64,000 bases of DNA from Omnitrophica WOR_2 bacterium RIFOXYA2_FULL_38_17 (lineage in GTDB: Bacteria > Omnitrophota > Gorgyraeia > Zapsychrales > Zapsychraceae): NCBI GenBank assembly GCA_001805965.1, contig MHHG01000006.1, positions 3,741-67,740 on the forward strand, in the 5' to 3' direction. The notes under the pieces are model-generated. The model was not told the DNA's origin. It saw only the letters and a list, made by a program, of their open reading frames with translations, and searched no databases. This document shows, piece by piece, positions 17,555-27,336 of this stretch (positions are counted from its first letter, which is position 1; every line of letters starts with the position of its first letter). Position numbers and translations under genes: made by a program.

Positions 17555-17720
17555 AATAATTTAATTATAAATGTTAATTAATGATACAGCAAATAAATTA
17601 TTGAGAAAGATAATGATGGTAGAATAGCTATCGGATTGTTATAATGATTCAAAAATAAACAGCTGATATGAAGTAAAGTTTATTAAAAGAATGAATTCAT
17701 ATTAATGGGAGAAAAGGAAT

Positions 17721-18050
17721 ATGCCAAATTTATCTGATTACAAAACAGAGTGGGAAAAAACAAAGAAGCAGCTTGTCAAGTTTAGCAAAGAGGCTTTAGA
17801 TGTTGCTAAAAAAGGTGAACAGGAGCTTGTCAGGCTTTCAAAGAAAAGTAAGTTGCACATTGATTCAACAGCTATTAGCTTACAGAAAGAAAAGTTGTAT
17901 TATTTTATTGGTAAAGAATATGTAAAAACAAATGGCAAGACAGAAAAAAGTGCAAAATTGAAGAAATTACTGGATGAATTAAAAGCGGCTGATAAAGAGC
18001 AAAAAGCTTTGCAATTAAAAATCAAAAAGACAAATGATAATGAAAAGTAA
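17721..18050 (+). CDS. hypothetical coiled-coil protein (109 aa)
   Basis: Lys/Glu-rich with heptad-like periodicity. No catalytic motifs. Confidence 0.35.
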   Translation: MPNLSDYKTEWEKTKKQLVKFSKEALDVAKKGEQELVRLSKKSKLHIDSTAISLQKEKLYYFIGKEYVKTNGKTEKSAKLKKLLDELKAADKEQKALQLKIKKTNDNEK

Positions 18051-18519
18051 AAGATTATTTTTAATGCCATTATATTGCTCTTTATTTTTAATGTTATGCT
18101 ATTTGGGATTGTCCTTTGCTGAAGATAAAGCAGACTTGACAATATACAGCAATGGTAAGAAAATGGGTTCTCTTCATGAATATAAATTATCAATGTTGAG
18201 GAACAAAGTTCTTGATTCAATTCCACCCGGGCAAGATGATCAGTTGAAGGAGTTTATAAAGAGATTTTCAGAGAATCTTTCTTATGAAAATAGTAAAGAA
18301 TATAGCGAAAACGACCTGAAAATCTTGTTTCAGGGGATCCATAAGAGCCTGGTTAATAAAGAAATACAAAGTCCGAAAAGCGAGGATTTAGATAAAATGC
18401 AGGAAATGCTTGAAGATTATAATAAAGATTACAATAAATCAGGGACTTATGTGATTGATCCAGAAAAGGTTAAAACTCTTATAATTGAGCCATCCTTAAA
18501 TAAAAAGGAAAGAGAATAA
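18034..18519 (+). CDS. hypothetical secreted protein (161 aa)
   Basis: N-terminal signal peptide (LFLMPLYCSLFLMLCYLGLSFA|ED). Overlaps the previous ORF by 17 nt. Confidence 0.4.
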   Translation: MIMKSKRLFLMPLYCSLFLMLCYLGLSFAEDKADLTIYSNGKKMGSLHEYKLSMLRNKVLDSIPPGQDDQLKEFIKRFSENLSYENSKEYSENDLKILFQGIHKSLVNKEIQSPKSEDLDKMQEMLEDYNKDYNKSGTYVIDPEKVKTLIIEPSLNKKERE

Positions 18520-18577
18520 CCCTGACTTTATGAATTTGCAGTTCGTTTGTAATATTATCCATCATGATTCTTAGCGC

Positions 18578-18606
18578 TTGACTTAAAATTACACTAATAG
18601 TATAAT
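18578..18606 (+). promoter_or_regulatory. sigma70-type promoter for rpsO (TTGACT-17-TATAAT)
   Basis: Read directly: TTGACT at 18578-18583, a 17-nt spacer, TATAAT at 18601-18606. This gives a roughly 90-nt leader, with an AGGAGG RBS at 18691-18696 and a TTG start at 18705. Confidence 0.7.
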
Positions 18607-18704
18607 ACCGACCTCGTTGAAGGAAAAGTATTAACAATCACAATCTATATAGTTATTTATCATAAGATATATATAGGAAATAGAATGATAAGGAGGAAGT
18701 AAAA

Positions 18705-18974
18705 TTGGTTTTATTAAAAGAAAAGAAAACAGAGGTAATTGATAATTTTAGAATTCATTCGAAAGATACTGGTTCTCCCGCAGTGCAAATAGCATTGCTT
18801 TCAGAGAAGATAGAATATCTAGATACTCATTTTAAGGAGCATAAGAAGGATTTTCATTCTCGTCGTGGACTTCTAATGATGATTGGTAAAAGAAGGAGAC
18901 TTCTTGCTTATCTAAAAAATAAGGATGAACAAAAATATCAAGAAACAATTACAAAATTGAAATTGCGTAAATAA
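18705..18974 (+). CDS. rpsO: 30S ribosomal protein S15
   Basis: 89 aa. Conserved S15 sequence ([20 protein letters not shown]). TTG start with a strong RBS. Confidence 0.92.
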   Translation: MVLLKEKKTEVIDNFRIHSKDTGSPAVQIALLSEKIEYLDTHFKEHKKDFHSRRGLLMMIGKRRRLLAYLKNKDEQKYQETITKLKLRK

Positions 18975-19125
18975 GAATTTATCGATCATGCGTAAAATAC
19001 GTATGATAACGCTCGCATTATTTTGCAAAATTGTTGTATATAGCAAGTCTTTCGTTAGATAACACATTTTGACTAGTAATATAATGATGCTTGATTAGTG
19101 GGCGGTATGCTTTAGGAGGCTAAAA

Positions 19126-21240
19126 ATGAGTAAAGTTAGTGCTGAAATTCCATTTGGTGGAAAAAATATTATTATTGAGACCGGTAAGCTTGCGAAGCAG
19201 GCGAATGCATCTGTTACGGTTACTTTAGGCGGTACAGTTGTGCTGGTTGCTGTTTGTATGTCAAAAAAGTCAAATCCCGATGGCGGATTTTTTCCCTTGG
19301 TAGTTGAATATCAGGAAAAGACTTATTCTGCAGGACGTATTCCAGGAGGTTTCTTCAAAAGAGAAGGACGGCCGACACAAAAAGAGATTCTTACATGCCG
19401 AATAATTGACAGGCCGATCAGGCCATTGTTTCCAGAAGGATTCTTTAATGATGTGGTTGTTACAGCTACGGTCTTAAGCAGTGATGGTGAAAATGATCCT
19501 GATATGCTTGCATTGATAGGAACATCAACTGCGCTTACTATTTCAGATATTCCTTTTTCAGGACCTTTAGGAGCTATGAGGCTTTCTGTTGTAGATGGTG
19601 AATTTATTATTAATCCAACATATGAACAAAGATTAAAAGGAAAGATGGAGCTTGTTGTTGTCGGATTAGAAGATGGTATTGTCATGATCGAAGGTGAGGC
19701 AATTGAAGCTTCCGAGGAAAAAGTTGGCGAAGCTCTTAAATTTGCAACAAAACATATCCAGCCGATTAGAATAGCTCAGATTGAGTTAAGGGAGAAAATA
19801 GGTAAGGAAAAAGCGACAGTGGAGCTTTTTAATCCTCATCCTGGTTTGAAGAATAAAGTTGCTGAAATGGTAAAGGGCCGTGTAGTTGAAATTTACAAAA
19901 TTGCTGATAAGCAAGCAAGAGAAGATGGATTAAGTAAGATACACAATGATATTCTTTCTGATATGGGCGTTTTTGAAGCATTTAAAGTTGGCGATAAAGA
20001 AGTCTCTGTTGGTGACATCATGATGATGTTTGACCAGGTTGAGTATGATGTTGTCAGAAAAGCAATTTTTGAAGAAGGAAAAAGAGCTGACGGCAGAGGT
20101 ATTAAGGATATACGCGAACTTACTTCTGAAATCAATATTTTACCAAGGACACATGGTTCAGGGCTATTTACCAGGGGACAAACACAAAGCTTAGCTGTTG
20201 TGACTCTTGGTTCACGCCGCGATGAACAAATGATCGAATCTCTTGAAGGAGTTGAGTATAATAACTTCATGCTTCATTATAACTTTCCTGGTTTTAGTGT
20301 GGGAGAGGCAAAAGGTAGCAGGGGTCCTGGAAGACGTGAAATAGGACATGGTGCTTTAGCAGCAAAGGCTATCAAAGCGGTTTTACCTTCAAAAGATGAC
20401 TTTCCTTATACGATCAGAGTTGTTTCGGAGATTTTAGAATCAAATGGCTCATCTAGCATGGCTAGTGTTTGTGCTGGATGTTTGAGCCTTATGGCAGCAG
20501 GAGTTCCGATTAAAAATCCTGTTGCGGGTATTTCCATTGGGCTGCTTCTTGGAGAAAATAAAAAAGAATATCGTTTGTTAACCGATATTATGGGATTGGA
20601 AGATCATTTTGGCGACATGGATTACAAAATTGCTGGTTCAAGAGTTGGTGTTACAGCGATTCAGCTTGACATGAAAGTTAAAGGTGTTCCTGTTGAGATA
20701 TTGATAGAGGGTATTACGCAGGCCAAAGAAGCCCGCGCAGCTATTCTAGATAATATGGAATCAGTCATATCAAAGCCTATGGCTGAAATATCAGAATTTG
20801 CACCAAGGATATTAATTACCCAGGTGCCTGTTGATAAAATAGGTGAGATTATTGGTCCCGGCGGGAAAATGATCAAAAAGATAATTGAAATGACAGGGGC
20901 TGAATCTATTGACATAAACGATGAAGGGCAAGTTCATATTGCGGCAGTAGATAGAAATGCTGCGCAAAGGGCGCTTGATTATGTTAATGGCATTGTAGCT
21001 GTTCCTGAAATCGGCAAAATATATGATGCGGTTGTAGTCAAGGTTATGAACTTTGGAGCATTTTGCGAGTTTATGCCGGGTAAACAGGGATTGGTTCATG
21101 TTTCAGAATTCTCTAATGATTTTGTTAAGGACATTGAAAGTGTTGTAAAAGTTGGTGATACTTTTAAGGTTAAGCTGCTTGAAATTGATAAAATGAAGCG
21201 TATGAACTTGAGCAAAAAGCAGGCTGAGGCGGATTCTTAG
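19126..21240 (+). CDS. pnp: polyribonucleotide nucleotidyltransferase (PNPase)
   Basis: 704 aa. Two RNase PH domains plus C-terminal KH and S1 domains. Conserved synteny downstream of rpsO. Confidence 0.95.
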   Translation: MSKVSAEIPFGGKNIIIETGKLAKQANASVTVTLGGTVVLVAVCMSKKSNPDGGFFPLVVEYQEKTYSAGRIPGGFFKREGRPTQKEILTCRIIDRPIRPLFPEGFFNDVVVTATVLSSDGENDPDMLALIGTSTALTISDIPFSGPLGAMRLSVVDGEFIINPTYEQRLKGKMELVVVGLEDGIVMIEGEAIEASEEKVGEALKFATKHIQPIRIAQIELREKIGKEKATVELFNPHPGLKNKVAEMVKGRVVEIYKIADKQAREDGLSKIHNDILSDMGVFEAFKVGDKEVSVGDIMMMFDQVEYDVVRKAIFEEGKRADGRGIKDIRELTSEINILPRTHGSGLFTRGQTQSLAVVTLGSRRDEQMIESLEGVEYNNFMLHYNFPGFSVGEAKGSRGPGRREIGHGALAAKAIKAVLPSKDDFPYTIRVVSEILESNGSSSMASVCAGCLSLMAAGVPIKNPVAGISIGLLLGENKKEYRLLTDIMGLEDHFGDMDYKIAGSRVGVTAIQLDMKVKGVPVEILIEGITQAKEARAAILDNMESVISKPMAEISEFAPRILITQVPVDKIGEIIGPGGKMIKKIIEMTGAESIDINDEGQVHIAAVDRNAAQRALDYVNGIVAVPEIGKIYDAVVVKVMNFGAFCEFMPGKQGLVHVSEFSNDFVKDIESVVKVGDTFKVKLLEIDKMKRMNLSKKQAEADS

Positions 21241-21315
21241 CCTTAAGCTGGTCCATAAGTATAAAAAAGTTCTTCATTATCCTCTAAGTAGTAGTATTTT
21301 GAACACTTAACATTA

Positions 21316-21352
21316 ACTTTTATCCAGCTGGGAAAGGATATCCTATCCCAGT
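21316..21352 (+). other. near-perfect palindromic hairpin between pnp and ftsK, with no U-tract
   Basis: ccagctgggaaaggata / tatcctatcccagttgg forms a stem of about 15 bp with a tiny loop. The sequence after it is not T-rich. Confidence 0.4.
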
Positions 21353-21377
21353 TGGAAATTGTAGGCCCTTCAAATTT

Positions 21378-23609
21378 ATGAAAGAAGAGCACATTAATGA
21401 GATAAAGGCTATTATTGTTTTAGCCATAGGTATGATTATTTTTGCCAGTCTCATTTCTTTTACACCAGAAGACCTTCCGTTTTATACTTCTAGTCCAAAT
21501 ATTCCAACACAAAATTTAATTCGTGTAACGGGTGCTTATTTAGCAAGTTCGTTATTATTTGTTTTTGGATATAGTTCTTATGTTTTGGTGCTGTATCTGT
21601 TCTTTTGGAGTTGGAATAAATTTACATCCAGAGATATAGTTTTCTCAGTCCCCAAATTTATAAGTTTTATTGTACTGTTCTGTGTTGTTAGCGCGTGGTT
21701 GGGAATGACAAGTTCCCAGGATGCTGTTATTCGTTTTGAAAAAGCTGGATTGGTTGGTTCCTTGCTCTCGGAATTTTTAATATCTTATATCGGCAGAATG
21801 GGTGCGCATATTGTTCTATTGACACTGGGCGTGTTATCTCTGATTCTTACTGGTGAATTCCTGGTTACTCCTTTGTTCTTAAGGATTGTTGAGGGGTTTC
21901 AAGGATTTTATGCTGGAATAAAATTGAGAATGTTGTCTAATGAGACAAGGTTGCCGGCAGTCAATATTAAATCGATCTTTGAAAAAAAGTTCAAGAAAAA
22001 GATTGATAAAGAAGCGCCTGCGTATGTTGGGCAAAAGGGTCTTGATGAGGACGAAGGATATGAAGATATTTATGAAGATGAGGAAGATCAAGAAAAGCCT
22101 AAGGGCAAGAAGAACAAAGCTCCAAAAATAAAGATAGCTCCTAATCAGACTAATAAGAGTAATTCTTCAGAAGATGAGATTGAAAAGATTGTTGGAGAAT
22201 ACAGGATACCTTCTATTGATCTTCTTGACGATTCTCCGGTTGTTTCAAGTTCTAAGATAGAAAGTGGATTGAAAAGTGGGGCTAAGCTGTTAGAAGAAAC
22301 ATTAGCACAGTTTGGAGTGGACGCTCGTGTTGCGGATATTGAGAGAGGCCCGGCGATTACAAGATATGAATTAGAGCCTGCACCAGGTGTAAAGGTTAAT
22401 CAGTTTACAACCCTGTCTGATGATATTGCTCTTGCCATGAAAGCTACAGCTGTTCGCATTGTTGCCCCAATACCAGGAAAGAATAGGGTCGGAATTGAAG
22501 TGCCCAACGATTCATCAGCTACGGTTTTTCTTAAAGATGTTATGTGCAGCGATGAATTCAGGTCTTCAAAATCGAAATTGACTTTAGCTCTAGGAAAAGA
22601 TATTGCAGGTAAGCCTATGATAGCTGACCTTGCAGAGATGCCTCATTTGCTTATTGCCGGTACGACAGGCTCCGGTAAGACAGTTTGTGTGAATGGCATA
22701 ATAATGTCTATGATATTGAATGTAACGCCTGATGAAGTAAAATTTGTTATGGTTGACCCTAAAATGGTCGAGATGGCGCAATATAATGATATACCACATT
22801 TGCTGTGTCCTACAGTGACGGATTCAAAGAAAGCTGCAAATGTCCTTAACTGGGTTGTTTTAGAAATGGAAACGCGTTATAAACAGTTATCAAAAGCTGG
22901 TGTAAGAAATATTAAAGGTTTCAATGAACAAGGCAACAAGATGCCATATATTGTTGTTATAATAGATGAGCTTGCTGATCTTATGCAGGTTTCTGCAAAA
23001 ACTGTAGAAAGCTCTATAACACGGATTGCTCAATTGTCACGAGCTGTAGGCATTCATTTGATCTTGGCTACTCAAAGGCCTTCTGTCGATGTTATTACCG
23101 GCGTTATTAAGGCAAATTTTCCTGCAAGGATCTCTTTTAAAGTTGCTTCTAAGATCGATTCAAGAACGGTTTTAGATGCAAACGGAGCTGAATGCTTATT
23201 GGGTAAAGGGGATATGCTTTTTATTCAACCTGGTGATTCAAAGCCTACAAGGGGCCAGGGTAATTATGTTAATGATAAAGAAATTAATAGGGTTATTCAA
23301 TTCATTAAAGATCAGCAGGCGCCAAATTATGATGAAAGTATAATCCATTTACAAAAAACATCCGGTGCCGGTGGAACAGAAAACCAAGATGAGTATTATA
23401 ATGAAGCGGTAAAGCTTGTTATAGAAACAAACCAGGCTTCTGTTTCAATATTGCAAAGAAGGATGCGTCTTGGATATACCCGTGCAGCAAGATTGATCGA
23501 TATGATGGAGCAAAGTGGCATAGTCGGACCTTATTGCGGCAGTAAACCTAGAGATATTCTTGTTGATAGAGAACAATGGTTATTAGAGAATATGAATGAT
23601 GATAAATAA
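21378..23609 (+). CDS. ftsK: DNA translocase FtsK
   Basis: N-terminal 4 TM helices, an acidic/Lys-rich linker, an FtsK/SpoIIIE ATPase core (GTTGSGKT Walker A) and a C-terminal gamma domain. Confidence 0.9.
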   Translation: MKEEHINEIKAIIVLAIGMIIFASLISFTPEDLPFYTSSPNIPTQNLIRVTGAYLASSLLFVFGYSSYVLVLYLFFWSWNKFTSRDIVFSVPKFISFIVLFCVVSAWLGMTSSQDAVIRFEKAGLVGSLLSEFLISYIGRMGAHIVLLTLGVLSLILTGEFLVTPLFLRIVEGFQGFYAGIKLRMLSNETRLPAVNIKSIFEKKFKKKIDKEAPAYVGQKGLDEDEGYEDIYEDEEDQEKPKGKKNKAPKIKIAPNQTNKSNSSEDEIEKIVGEYRIPSIDLLDDSPVVSSSKIESGLKSGAKLLEETLAQFGVDARVADIERGPAITRYELEPAPGVKVNQFTTLSDDIALAMKATAVRIVAPIPGKNRVGIEVPNDSSATVFLKDVMCSDEFRSSKSKLTLALGKDIAGKPMIADLAEMPHLLIAGTTGSGKTVCVNGIIMSMILNVTPDEVKFVMVDPKMVEMAQYNDIPHLLCPTVTDSKKAANVLNWVVLEMETRYKQLSKAGVRNIKGFNEQGNKMPYIVVIIDELADLMQVSAKTVESSITRIAQLSRAVGIHLILATQRPSVDVITGVIKANFPARISFKVASKIDSRTVLDANGAECLLGKGDMLFIQPGDSKPTRGQGNYVNDKEINRVIQFIKDQQAPNYDESIIHLQKTSGAGGTENQDEYYNEAVKLVIETNQASVSILQRRMRLGYTRAARLIDMMEQSGIVGPYCGSKPRDILVDREQWLLENMNDDK

Positions 23610-24975
23610 ACCTGATTTTTTTAAAAAAGATCCTTTGGAAAAAGAGGATAAAATAAAATTAGAAAATATCGATATTGATGAGATTGAATATGTAAATGAT
23701 ATTGAAACAGATACAGAAGAAAACATTGATGATCCGATCGCAGAATATAACGAATTAAACAGTAGTATTTCTGAGGGTGATAGTGATAAAGATCTTTTTG
23801 GCGATAGCCTTTTAAAGAATGTAAAGCCAGAGATAATTGCTGACGGGGAACAAGAAACTACATTTGACAGTGAACTAGATGAGGATATTAAGATAGTTGA
23901 GGATCCTGAAATATCAATAGCGCCAGAACATTGCTCTGAGCCTGAAGAAGAGCCTCAATTGCAGCATGCAATAAAAAAGGCGGATGATTTTAATCCTGAG
24001 AATAAAGGTGAAATTCTCAAAAGAGAAAGGCTGAAGAAGGGATTATCTTTAGAATTTATTCATGAAGTTACTAAAGTGCCTATGGACGTTCTGCGTGCCA
24101 TAGAAGAAGGATATAGCGTTAGGACGCTGTCTCCCTTTTATTTGAAAGGTTTTACAAAGATATATGCAAAATATCTGGAAGTTGATACTGATAGGGTAAT
24201 TGATGATTATAAGAGGGAGAAACTTCCGGAGCATGTTAAATATGAAGCAAATGATTTTGATTTTAATAAATGGTTGTCTAAAATCTTTACTAAAAAAAGA
24301 AAACAGCAGATCGTTATTGGATTAGGCCTTCTTCTGATACTTTTTACGATCTTTAAGATAGCAACTTTTATAGCTAATTTAAAACCAAAACAAAAAGTAA
24401 TAAAGATTGATAAAGTTAACACGGAAACAAAAGTAATTGTTGTGCCAGAAAAGAAAATAACCGTTAGAAAGCCTAAGGAAGAGGTAAAGCAAACAATTAT
24501 ACCGATAAAGGAAGAGAAAAAAGAAGTTAAGGTTGTTGCAGAGAAGAAATCTGAAGAGGTTGTAAAGAAAAAAGAAGCTGAGAAGCAAGCTTTAATAAAG
24601 AACGTAGCTGAAAAGAAAGTAGTTGAAACTGCAAAAACAATTCCTGCTGTAACCCCACCACAAAATGTTGTTCCCAAGGCTGTTAGTGCTGTAAAGACAG
24701 AGGTGCCTGTACAAAAGAATGTCAGTCTTACTGTCCGTGCCAAAAAGAATAGTTGGCTTAGTGTAAAAGTTGATGGAAATGTTGTTTTTCAATCAACACT
24801 GAAACTAGGTTCTGTTGAAACATGGATGGCTGATGAAAGCATTGAGATCTCAGGCAAAAATATCAACCAACTTGATTTTGAGCTAAACGGCAAGATGATC
24901 AGGTCATTAGGAAGAAAAGACAGCAAGGCTAAGAGGCTTATAGTGACAAAAGAAGGCCTGACAGTTACGAACTAA
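23596..24975 (+). CDS. rodZ: RodZ-like cytoskeleton protein (HTH_XRE + TM + C-terminal DUF4115) with long acidic N-terminal extension
   Basis: HTH (LKRERLKKGLSLEFIHEVTKVPMDVLRAIEEG). One TM (IVIGLGLLLILFTIF). K/E/V-rich linker. C-terminal beta domain (VSLTVRAKKNSWLSVKVDGNVVF). Overlaps the ftsK end by 14 nt. Confidence 0.65.
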   Translation: MMINKPDFFKKDPLEKEDKIKLENIDIDEIEYVNDIETDTEENIDDPIAEYNELNSSISEGDSDKDLFGDSLLKNVKPEIIADGEQETTFDSELDEDIKIVEDPEISIAPEHCSEPEEEPQLQHAIKKADDFNPENKGEILKRERLKKGLSLEFIHEVTKVPMDVLRAIEEGYSVRTLSPFYLKGFTKIYAKYLEVDTDRVIDDYKREKLPEHVKYEANDFDFNKWLSKIFTKKRKQQIVIGLGLLLILFTIFKIATFIANLKPKQKVIKIDKVNTETKVIVVPEKKITVRKPKEEVKQTIIPIKEEKKEVKVVAEKKSEEVVKKKEAEKQALIKNVAEKKVVETAKTIPAVTPPQNVVPKAVSAVKTEVPVQKNVSLTVRAKKNSWLSVKVDGNVVFQSTLKLGSVETWMADESIEISGKNINQLDFELNGKMIRSLGRKDSKAKRLIVTKEGLTVTN

Positions 24976-24979
24976 TATA

Positions 24980-26293
24980 ATGGCTAAAGTAGTGAAAAAT
25001 CCGAGCATAAAGATCATATCTGAACAAATAGGGAGCAATAACAAGATAGCTCTTGTTAATTTTGGGTGTGCAAGGAATTTGGTTGACTCCCAGATAATTT
25101 TAGGGGAATTGACAAAGAACAAGAACAAAATTGTTGATATTTCTAAGGCGGAAGTTGCGATTATAAATACTTGTGGCTTCATTGAATCTGCAAAAAAGGA
25201 ATCTTTAGATGCCATTGTTGAGCTGGTTGATTTAAAGAAGGAAGGAAAATTAAAGAAAATTGTTGTCGCTGGTTGTCTGGCGGAAAGATATAAGGCAGTT
25301 ATAGAGAAAGAGTTTAAAGAAGTTGATGTGATTGTTGGAGTTCAGCAACTTCAAAAAGACCAGGCTGTTAAACAGGTCAGGTTAACACCAGGACATTTTG
25401 CATATTTAAAGATCTGTGAAAGTTGTTATAACAAATGCAGCTTTTGCGCTATTCCTGGGATCAAAGGCGAATTTAGGTCGCGGTCTATTGGCTCTATTAT
25501 TGAGGAAGTAAAGACATTAGATAAAGAAAAAGTGAGAGAGCTAAACATGATTGGTCAAGATATCACTGCTTATGGTATTGATATTTATAAGAAGAAGTCA
25601 TTGGCCAGACTTCTAAAAGCAATTTTAAAAGAAACAAAGAATATTAAATGGATCAGGCTTCTTTATATGTTCCCGACGCATATTACGGATGATTTGTTGG
25701 ATATAATTGCTTCTGAAGATAAAATATGCAAATATATGGACATTCCTTTTCAGCACATTAATAATAATATACTAAAACGGATGAACAGGAATATTACAAA
25801 AAAGCAAACAATAGGTCTGATGAATAGGATCAGAGAAAAAATACCGCAGGTCAGGATAAGAACATCCTTTATTGTGGGGTTTCCTCAGGAAACTGATGAT
25901 GAATTTGAAGAGTTAGTTGATTTTGTTAAAGAACAGAGATTTGATAAGGTCGGAGTTTTCAAGTATTCGCATGAAGAAGATACTCCTGCCTATAAATTGT
26001 CTGGCCAAATATCAGAAAAGGTCAAGGATGTTAGATATAATAAGCTTATGGGTGCTCAACTTGAAGTATCAAAGGATATTCAAGAAAGATTCATAGGCCG
26101 AGATTTAATGGTCTTAATTGATGAACCACACTTGGAAGATAAAGGGGTTTATGTAGGAAGGTCAGAATATGATGCGCCTGAAGTTGATGGGGTTGTTTAT
26201 GTGCATTCAACAAAGAAATTAAAAGTGGGGGACCTTGTTAAGGTTAGAATAACAGATGCTTATGACTATGATCTATTAGGAGATTTAGTTTGA
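24980..26293 (+). CDS. rimO: ribosomal protein S12 methylthiotransferase RimO (MiaB-family radical SAM MTTase)
   Basis: N-terminal MTTase Cys triad. Radical SAM CYNKCSFC motif. C-terminal TRAM domain. 437 aa with a RimO-like N-terminus (VNFGCARNLVDSQ). Confidence 0.6.
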   Translation: MAKVVKNPSIKIISEQIGSNNKIALVNFGCARNLVDSQIILGELTKNKNKIVDISKAEVAIINTCGFIESAKKESLDAIVELVDLKKEGKLKKIVVAGCLAERYKAVIEKEFKEVDVIVGVQQLQKDQAVKQVRLTPGHFAYLKICESCYNKCSFCAIPGIKGEFRSRSIGSIIEEVKTLDKEKVRELNMIGQDITAYGIDIYKKKSLARLLKAILKETKNIKWIRLLYMFPTHITDDLLDIIASEDKICKYMDIPFQHINNNILKRMNRNITKKQTIGLMNRIREKIPQVRIRTSFIVGFPQETDDEFEELVDFVKEQRFDKVGVFKYSHEEDTPAYKLSGQISEKVKDVRYNKLMGAQLEVSKDIQERFIGRDLMVLIDEPHLEDKGVYVGRSEYDAPEVDGVVYVHSTKKLKVGDLVKVRITDAYDYDLLGDLV

Positions 26294-26856
26294 ACCTGCC
26301 AAACATGTTAACAATTTTCAGGATGGTCTTGGTTTTTGTTTTTATAAAACTATTTTTAGCAGATTCTTTAGCTTCTATGATAGCGGCTTGTTTTGTCTTT
26401 GCAATAGCATCTATAACGGACTATTTGGACGGATATATCGCAAAAAAATATGATCTTATAACCGATTTTGGAAAGATAATGGACCCTATTGCGGATAAAT
26501 TCTTAATGCTTGCAGCGTTCTATTTATTCGCTGGATTTGGTTTAATATCTATCTGGATGTTTGTTGTGATCGCGATAAGAGAAGCTGGCGTTACGGCTTT
26601 GAGGCTTATTGCATTAAAGAGAAAAGACGTTTTAGCTGCAGAGAATCTGGGAAAAGTGAAAACAGTGTCGCAAATTGTTGCGATTTCTGTTATTTTAATA
26701 TACATTGTCTTAAAAAAGGTTTTTCCGGGATGGACACAATCAGCGCAGGGCAGCAATGGCCTGGTGATTGCATTTATTAATATGTTGATGTATATTGTTG
26801 TGGGTCTTACAGTGATCTCCGGAGTACAATTCTTGAATAATTTAAAGAAAGATTAA
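26290..26856 (+). CDS. pgsA: CDP-diacylglycerol--glycerol-3-phosphate 3-phosphatidyltransferase
   Basis: CDP-alcohol phosphatidyltransferase motif DYLDGYIAKK...DFGKIMDPIADK. 188 aa, 4-5 TM. Confidence 0.8.
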   Translation: MNLPNMLTIFRMVLVFVFIKLFLADSLASMIAACFVFAIASITDYLDGYIAKKYDLITDFGKIMDPIADKFLMLAAFYLFAGFGLISIWMFVVIAIREAGVTALRLIALKRKDVLAAENLGKVKTVSQIVAISVILIYIVLKKVFPGWTQSAQGSNGLVIAFINMLMYIVVGLTVISGVQFLNNLKKD

Positions 26857-26857
26857 G

Positions 26858-27319
26858 GTGCAGAACATGAGTGATAAATTTGCAAGATTAATGGCGACGT
26901 GGTTTTATGTGGGGGATTTCCCGGTTGCGCCAGGGACAATGGCAAGTGCGGTTGGAATGTTAATATGCTTTATTCTCAGCGCGCATCCTATTCTTTATAT
27001 CTTGTTTTTTGTTGTTATCACTTATATCGGATTTAGAGCTAGTGATATTACTGAGGGATTGGTCGGGACTAAAGACCCAAGTTGCGTGGTTATTGATGAG
27101 GTTGCAGGCGTTATGATCGCATTTTTCCTTTTGCCAGTAACACCTCCGGTGTTCTTTACAGCATTTTTTCTTTTCAGGGCTTTTGACATGTTCAAGATCT
27201 ATCCGGTAAATAAATTTGAAGAAATGAAGGGCGGAGTAGGTATCATGATGGATGACCTGTTTGCAGGCCTATATACAAATATTATAATGCATTTAGCAAT
27301 AAGATTTGCAGGTGTTTAG
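26858..27319 (+). CDS. pgpA: phosphatidylglycerophosphatase A
   Basis: PgpA-family sequence (WFYVGDFPVAPGTMASAVG). 153 aa. Directly downstream of pgsA. Confidence 0.7.
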   Translation: MQNMSDKFARLMATWFYVGDFPVAPGTMASAVGMLICFILSAHPILYILFFVVITYIGFRASDITEGLVGTKDPSCVVIDEVAGVMIAFFLLPVTPPVFFTAFFLFRAFDMFKIYPVNKFEEMKGGVGIMMDDLFAGLYTNIIMHLAIRFAGV

Positions 27320-27336
27320 AAAGGGAGGGAATAAAA

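Noticed and set aside
24207-24743. 178-aa minus-strand ORF inside the rodZ-like gene. Similar antisense ORFs occur elsewhere, e.g. 41200..41724 in ribD, 57070..57579 in the kinase, 9889..10290 in ppdK, 19323..19685 and 19893..20270 in pnp.
   Set aside because: These are shadow ORFs opposite well-supported conserved genes. Their translations are low-complexity (Ser/Phe/Leu-rich) with no motifs. Strand bias and gene packing argue against them.
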